DNA from: Octopus vulgaris
Taxonomy: Eukaryota
NCBI GenBank assembly: GCA_951406725.2
Contig: OX597832.1
Coordinates: 61,194,001-61,258,000, forward strand
DNA length: 64,000 bases
Direction: 5' to 3'
The notes beneath the pieces are model-generated. The model saw only the letters and a program-made list of their open reading frames with translations. It was not told where the DNA came from and ran no database searches. Positions within the stretch are counted from its first letter, which is position 1. Every line of letters starts with the position of its first letter. Both the position numbers and the translations under genes were made by a program. Shown one piece after another: positions 57,373 to 64,000 of the stretch.

Positions 57373-57620
57373 TCATTATTATTATTACTATTATTAAAGC
57401 GGGGCGCTGGCAGAATCGCTTCCGCGACGGACAAAATGCTCAGCGGCATTTCGTCCGTCATTACTTTCTGAGTTCAAATTCCGCCGAGGTCGAGTTTGCC
57501 TTTCGTCCTTTCTGAGTCGGAAAAAAAAGTTTCAGTTGAGCAGTGTGTGGGTGGCGGGGGCGCTGTAATCTACAAGCCTCCTTCCTCCAACAGTTCAGGC
57601 CTTGTGCTAATAATAGAAGG
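55758..57620 (+). mobile_element. Cluster of about 6-7 co-oriented SINE A copies with one SINE C (-, 56118-56420) nested
   Basis: Repeated head/B-box/core segments of differing divergence. Confidence 0.75.
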
Positions 57621-57824
57621 GAGTATTTATTTATTTATTTATTCTGTTATCAGTATTATTTTCTTTGCTGGCACTGTTAACATATGTCCCTGACTATTCA
57701 GCTCCTGGTAATTGCTTACATATGAACCCATTCACACAATATGCAACATATACCTACATATATGCATGCAGACACACACACACACACACACACACATAAA
57801 CATATACACACTCACAGACACACA

Positions 57825-57906
<82 letters not shown>

Positions 57907-58192
57907 CATATATATATATTTCTATGTATGTATATATATGTATATATATATACATACACACACACATATATATATATATATATACATAGATAAATTTATG
58001 TATATATATATATACATAGACATACATAGATACATACATATATATGTATAGACACAGTGACATAACACATTTATACTTGGTGCCCATTTTTTTTTCTAGA
58101 ACAAAGATTCACGTGTTAGCGAGAGACCTCCAACTTTGTTGTTGCTACGCCCCTCTCTGCTGAAAATATCTATCATTTATACGGTGTGTGTG

Positions 58193-58244
<52 letters not shown>

Positions 58245-58247
58245 TGT

Positions 58248-58497
58248 GTGGAGGCGCGTGGCTTAGTGGTTAGGGTGTTGAACTCATGATCGTAAGGTTG
58301 AGGTTTCGATTCCTGGACCGGGCGATGCGTTGTTGCTCTTGAGCAAAACACTTAATTTCAGGTTGCTCCAGTCCGCTCAGCTGGCAAAAATGAGTAATCC
58401 TGCGGCGGACCGGCGTCCCGTCCAGGTGGGGAATTTCTACGCCACAGAAACCGGGAAACCGGGCCCATGAGCCTGGCATGGCTCGAGAAGGAACATC
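58248..58497 (+). mobile_element. SINE family C, tail type 3
   Basis: tRNA-like head (tggcttagtgg A box, gtttcgattcc B box); tail cctgcggcggaccggcgtcccgtccaggtg. Confidence 0.85.
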
Positions 58498-58679
58498 TAA
58501 TTGTTATTTATATATATATATATAGGCATACATACAATCACATCAAGACAGGCACACACACAACCTTGCATACATAGATAACATGCCTATCAACTTCCAT
58601 GCATATGTGTGTATGTACGTGTATAAAGACCCATACAACTATATACACGTACGTCCAGATATGAATACGTATATATTTT

Positions 58680-58881
58680 TTCTTCCACTTGTTTCTGTCA
58701 TCTGACTGTGACCATTCTGGAGCACCGCATGTAGTCGAACAGATCGGCTTCAGGACTTATTCTTTGTACGCTTAGTACTTATTCTATCGGTTTCTTTTTG
58801 CCGAAACCGCTAAGTTACGTGGACGTAAACACACCAGCATCGGTTGTCAAGCGATGTTGGATGGTGGGACGAACACGCACA

Positions 58882-58916
<35 letters not shown>

Positions 58917-59087
58917 GTATATATATACATGACGGACTTCTTTCAGTTTCCGTCTATTAAATCTAATCAAAAGGTTTGATTGGCCTGAGGCTATAGTAGA
59001 AGACGCTTGCCCAAGATGCCACGCTGTGGGACTGAACCCAGAACCATGTGGTTGGTAAGCAAGCTACTTACAACACAGACACTCCTG
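58680..59087 (-). mobile_element. SINE B
   Basis: Reverse complement match. Confidence 0.85.
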
Positions 59088-59490
59088 AAACGTATATCTT
59101 TATGTATGTATGTGTGTATGTATGTATGTATACATGTATGTATACATGTATGTAAGTATTTGTATGTGTATGAGTGTGTGTGTGTGTATGGATGTACTTT
59201 TTTTTTCGTGAAAATAACTAATTTCGAATAAGACATTCACCTTTATGAAACTCATACGAAGAGTCGTGTAATAATTAACGTGTCACCTACTCTCGAATGG
59301 TATGTGTCATAAGGTAGCTTTCAACAGAAACTGGATTGATTGCTTACTGAAAGCAAAGAGCCAGCAGTGCAATGCTTTAAGATATCTAGTACGGTGCTTG
59401 AATGAAACTGCTAATGATGCTATCGACTGTAAATAACAGGACAGCTAACAGGAGAATTCGATATGTTTTGGGTCTTTGATTATTATTATT

Positions 59491-59525
<35 letters not shown>

Positions 59526-59597
59526 TGTTATTATTATTGTTTTTATTATCATCATCATCATCATCTTCTTCTTCTTCTTCTTCTTCTTCTTCTTCTT

Positions 59598-59666
<69 letters not shown>

Positions 59667-60346
59667 GTTATTATTCTTATTGTTGTAGTGTAAGGAAATG
59701 AGATTATGTGGACGCATATGATGATCTGTCGTAGTGCGAAGAAGACGGTTCTGCAATTTCATGGTGAACAACCTGCACAAAAGGTTTGTTTATAGTCATC
59801 AAATGTTTCTGATGTACATTAGCTCAACGTCCCGCCCTCCGCTCCACCTCTCAATGAAATCGTGCCTGAACAAGGGGACAGATGTGTCACACGTCAAGAT
59901 CATTGCAGAGCAATGCAAAAGGAAGTGTCTTGCTCAAGAGCACAACGCATCAAGCGCTCCGCGAAGTGAATTCACGATCTGGCAATCGTGAGTGCATACA
60001 TACATACATACATACATACATATTCATGTACATACATGCATACATATGTACGTACGTACATACATACATAATACATACATATATACATATTCATTTACAT
60101 ACATACATACATACGTACGTACGTACATACATATATACATATACGCATGCATACACACATACATACATGCAGGCATACATACATACACCCATACATATAT
60201 ACACATACATACGTATGTTTATATAGATATTAACAAAGATGTGCAATAATCATTCCTACATTTACATTTCTTTCTTTCTTTCTCCTCCCCCCCTCTCTCT
60301 CTCTCTCTCTTTATATATATATATATATATATACACATATATGTCT

Positions 60347-60477
60347 GTGTGTGGTAAGTAGCTTGCTTAACCACATGATTCCGTGTCCAGTCCCACTGCG
60401 TGGCAGCTTGGGCAAGTGTCTTCTACTATAGCCTGTGAGTGGATTTGGTAGACGGAAACTGAAAGAAACCCGTCGTA

Positions 60478-60572
<95 letters not shown>

Positions 60573-60782
60573 CTCTGTCTGTGTTTTCCCCCGAACATCG
60601 CTTGACAACCGATGGTGGTGTGTTTACGTCCCTATAACTTAGCGGTTCGGCAAAAGTGTCCGATAGAATAAGTACTAGGCTTCCAAAGAATAAGTCCCGG
60701 GGTAGATTTGCTCGACTAAAGGCGGAGCTCCAGCATGGCCGCAGTCAAATGACTGAAACAAGTAAAAGAGAAAGAGAAAAGA

Positions 60783-60785
<3 letters not shown>
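60347..60785 (+). mobile_element. SINE B
   Basis: Both halves with internal (TA)n(TG)n. Confidence 0.9.
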
Positions 60786-60861
<76 letters not shown>

Positions 60862-62564
60862 CTGTCGACATCAACGTATTTTTATACATTCTGTGGATTG
60901 ACGACGCTGTTAACATTTTATAGAACTATTTACTTCCCTCGTCAGAAGACCATAAAGTATATTTAAGCACTTCGTCAAATTACGATTTACGACAGATGCA
61001 TGCGTAGCTACGGAAATATCCATGCATGCATAGCAATAGTGGATGTCGATCAAAGAATAAGATGTCATTCGTAAAATCTCCAGACAACAGAATCTTGAGA
61101 ACGGATATAGAAATAACTTTATAGACCAAAATATAGAACAACGTAGAGACAGTATCTGCTACGTTTAATACAATGGTAACCAAACAAAATTTAACTAAGC
61201 CACGTGTACACAATGTAGTCCATTGAAAGAATCAAAAGTACCGTACATGAATTGTGTGTTAGTAACGAAACTGTGTTTAGTATTATAAAAGATGTCTATA
61301 GTTTTATTAACCAAAACTGTGTGATACGGATGGTTTTAAACAATATGTCTGGTGGTTGCTTCAGCATGGTCACAACCTTCGACTGAAACTGTTAACAGAA
61401 TTATAGAATTCGTTCGTGGGCAAAGATGTGTGTGGGTATGGGTGTGTGTGTGTGGGGGGGGGGGAGGCAGTTGAGACAAGCGGATTCTTTCTTTAGAATG
61501 TTCTCCAGCAACTGTGTACCCACCTTTAACTATCCACTAACATTAATTATACACTGACTAATGACTATTTTCTAATATAGGTACAAGGTCTGGGAGTGAG
61601 TTAGTCGATTGTACCGACCACAATACTCGACCGGAACATTATTTTATCGACCCTTCTGCCAAAAGGATGAATGACAAACTTTATGCGAAATTTGAACTCA
61701 GAACGTAGAGAGCAAGAAGAAAAATCCTTAAGCTTTTTGTCCGGTGCGTTCACGAGCCCTGTGCCTTTTAAGCCACTAACATTGGTTTCCATTTTTTGGT
61801 AAAAAGTTTTCAATTTCGCCAGAAGGTTTACATGGAACCCCGTTCTCAGCTCCTACTTATTTTGCAGACTCTGGAAAGATGAAAGGCAAAGTCAATTTCA
61901 GAGGAATTTCTGCCACTAATATTAGAGGCTTTGCGGTATTTCGTTGTCGCTTCGTTCTGAGTTCAAATTTCTTTCGGAGTCGATAAATTAAATACCTGTT
62001 GCGTACTGGGGGGGGGGGGTCAATCTAATTATATAGAAACAGTATTTGACTGGTATATTTTATTTTATTGACCTCGGAAATACGACAGGCAAAGTTAACT
62101 TCACCGAGACTTGAACTCAGAAACTGTCGGTCCAAATACTGCATGGCATACACCCGCGAATATTAAGGGTTAAAGTAATCCTTAGATCAGTTTTCGTATT
62201 CAAGACTTTTCTTGGTAGCTAACATCTTATTTCTAACCATCGTATGTTATATAAGGCGGCGAGCTGGCAGAAACGTTATTATGCAGGACAAAACTTGCTT
62301 AGCGGCATTCCTTCCGTCTCTTCTCGTTCTGAGTTCAAAACCCGCTGAGGCCAGCTATGCATTTAATCCTTTCGGTGTCGATAAAATGAGCACCAGTAAA
62401 GTACTGCGATCGATGTTGTCCTCTCTCCTCAAAAATGCTGGCATCGGTCCCTGCAACAGACTGACGTTCTGTTCAGAAGGAGTGTTGCGCTCTCAGTCAC
62501 TTATGCGCCATAGAAACTAAGTAATCGGTCTTATGAGTACTGAGGTCCAAGAAAAAATTTAAAT

Positions 62565-62756
62565 AGGCGTAGGAGTGGCTGTGTGGTAAGTAGCTTGCTT
62601 GCCAACCACATGGTTCCAGGTTCAGTCCCACAGTGTGGCACCTTGGGCAAGTGTCTTTTACTATAGCCCCGGGCCGACCAAAGCCTTGTGAGTGGATTTG
62701 GGAGACGGAAACGGAAAGAAGCCCGTCGTATATATGTTTATCTATCTATCTATCTA

Positions 62757-62809
<53 letters not shown>

Positions 62810-63008
62810 GTGTGTGTGTTTGTCCCCCAACATCGCTTGACACCCGATGCTGGTATGTTTACGACCCGTAACCTAGCGGTTCGGTAAAAGAGACCGCTAG
62901 AATAAGTACTAGGCTTACAAAGAATAAGTCCTGGGGTCGATTTATTCGACTAAAGGTGGTGCTTCAGCATGGCCACAGTCAAATGACTGAAACAAGTAAA
63001 AGAGTAAA
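62565..63008 (+). mobile_element. SINE B, full length
   Basis: Both halves with internal microsatellite. Confidence 0.9.
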
Positions 63009-63427
63009 ACATATTTTCAGGTATAGAAGCAAATTTTAAGCAAAATGTTAAGCCGACTACAAGGCATCTTTGGAGGACCCAAACTTTCTTGTGAAACGAT
63101 GCAGCAAGATGTGAAAAGAGAGTGACAATGTTTGAATATTTACACCACATGGATACACTACATTCTTTATCAATTTCGATGCCGAATACTATGCTAGTGT
63201 ATTATGTAATAACGACTGTGATGTCGCTACAGAATAAATGGTTAACTAGAGACAAATATTCTCAGCCTAGGAGCCAGAATAACATTCCCTCAATTAAAAT
63301 TACGTTCATCTTAATTTTTGGCAAAAAAGATAAGGGTGACAACTCTGTTGCATGAAATGATTTAAAACAAAATAAATAGCGTATGTATTGCCGCAGTAGT
63401 CTGATGTTTAGATAAATTCGTTGTCAA

Positions 63428-63492
<65 letters not shown>

Positions 63493-63520
63493 TGATGATG
63501 ATGATGATGATAATGAGGAT

Positions 63521-63700
63521 GATACCAGGCTTGCCATCCCTACAGGAAGTGCAAAAAATCGTGTCAACTGGAACGACTCATGTACTGAGAAGAGCATTAT
63601 CGCTGTGAAAACAACATACATTCATGAATTTATTTATTTATTTATTTATTTAAATATATATTTTACCTGTGAATTTGCGTGTTTAATCTGGGAATACATA
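63521..63700 (+). mobile_element. Extreme 3' end of an R4/Dong-type LINE after (AAT)n(GAT)n
   Basis: Manual translation IPGLPSLQEVQKIVSTGTTHVLRRALSL*, the typical QK...GT.H.LR C-terminus. Confidence 0.65.
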
Positions 63701-64000
63701 CAATAAATAATTGCTCTGTTGCAGTACCAGGCAGTGGCTCTCATGGCGCCTGATTTTAACTGATTGGAAGTGTTATCATGTACATTGTTTTGTCTTGGTA
63801 TAAAAGATGGGCTACAGCAAATATTCTGCTCAATACCACAGATTTGCTTGTCAGTTGTTTGACCATAACCAGTTCAACATATCCCTTAGTGGCTGACGAT
63901 ATGTACATCTCTGATCATGAACAGAAGTAGTGGGGAAGCATCATAGCCGTGTGTTGAAAGGAATTCTTAGAGGTTTGGATAATTCACCTCTGGAAGCATG

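Noticed and set aside
58248-58325. tRNA gene
   Set aside because: A and B boxes are present but continue into a dispersed SINE body; no clean acceptor stem or Pol III terminator.
63715-64000. Terminal segment as coding exon
   Set aside because: Stops in the frames I checked; probably an unclassified interspersed repeat, not supportable from this window.

Overview
Eukaryotic (animal), AT-rich, repeat-saturated DNA with no host protein-coding exon that I can recognise. The microsatellite load ((TA)n, (CA)n, (TATC)n, (TATG)n, (TAA)n, (GAT)n) and the SINE families suggest a coleoid cephalopod, probably Octopus (inference from repeat content only). Nearly all ORFs in the supplied track are microsatellite or SINE translations. 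Real coding remnants are all from transposons: RTE-type LINEs, Tx1/L1-type LINEs, restriction-like-endonuclease (R4/Dong-type) LINEs, Penelope-like elements (RT + GIY-YIG) and Tc1/mariner pieces. There is also a Helitron, a hAT-type MITE and about 40 copies of tRNA-derived SINEs. The most interesting signal is not in the ORF track. At least six different short non-coding elements carry minimal type I hammerhead ribozyme (HHR) folds and sit in microsatellites. Three are fold-backs with one HHR per strand in the same divergent geometry (1-94, 20978-21178, 31029-31780), and one family has a recurrent non-canonical core (CUGUNGA). Other highlights are a Tx1-like LINE apparently targeting (TATC)n and a Helitron with an inverted copy of its own end plus flank. 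All coordinates were read by eye; element edges are approximate, and family names are motif-based, not database hits.
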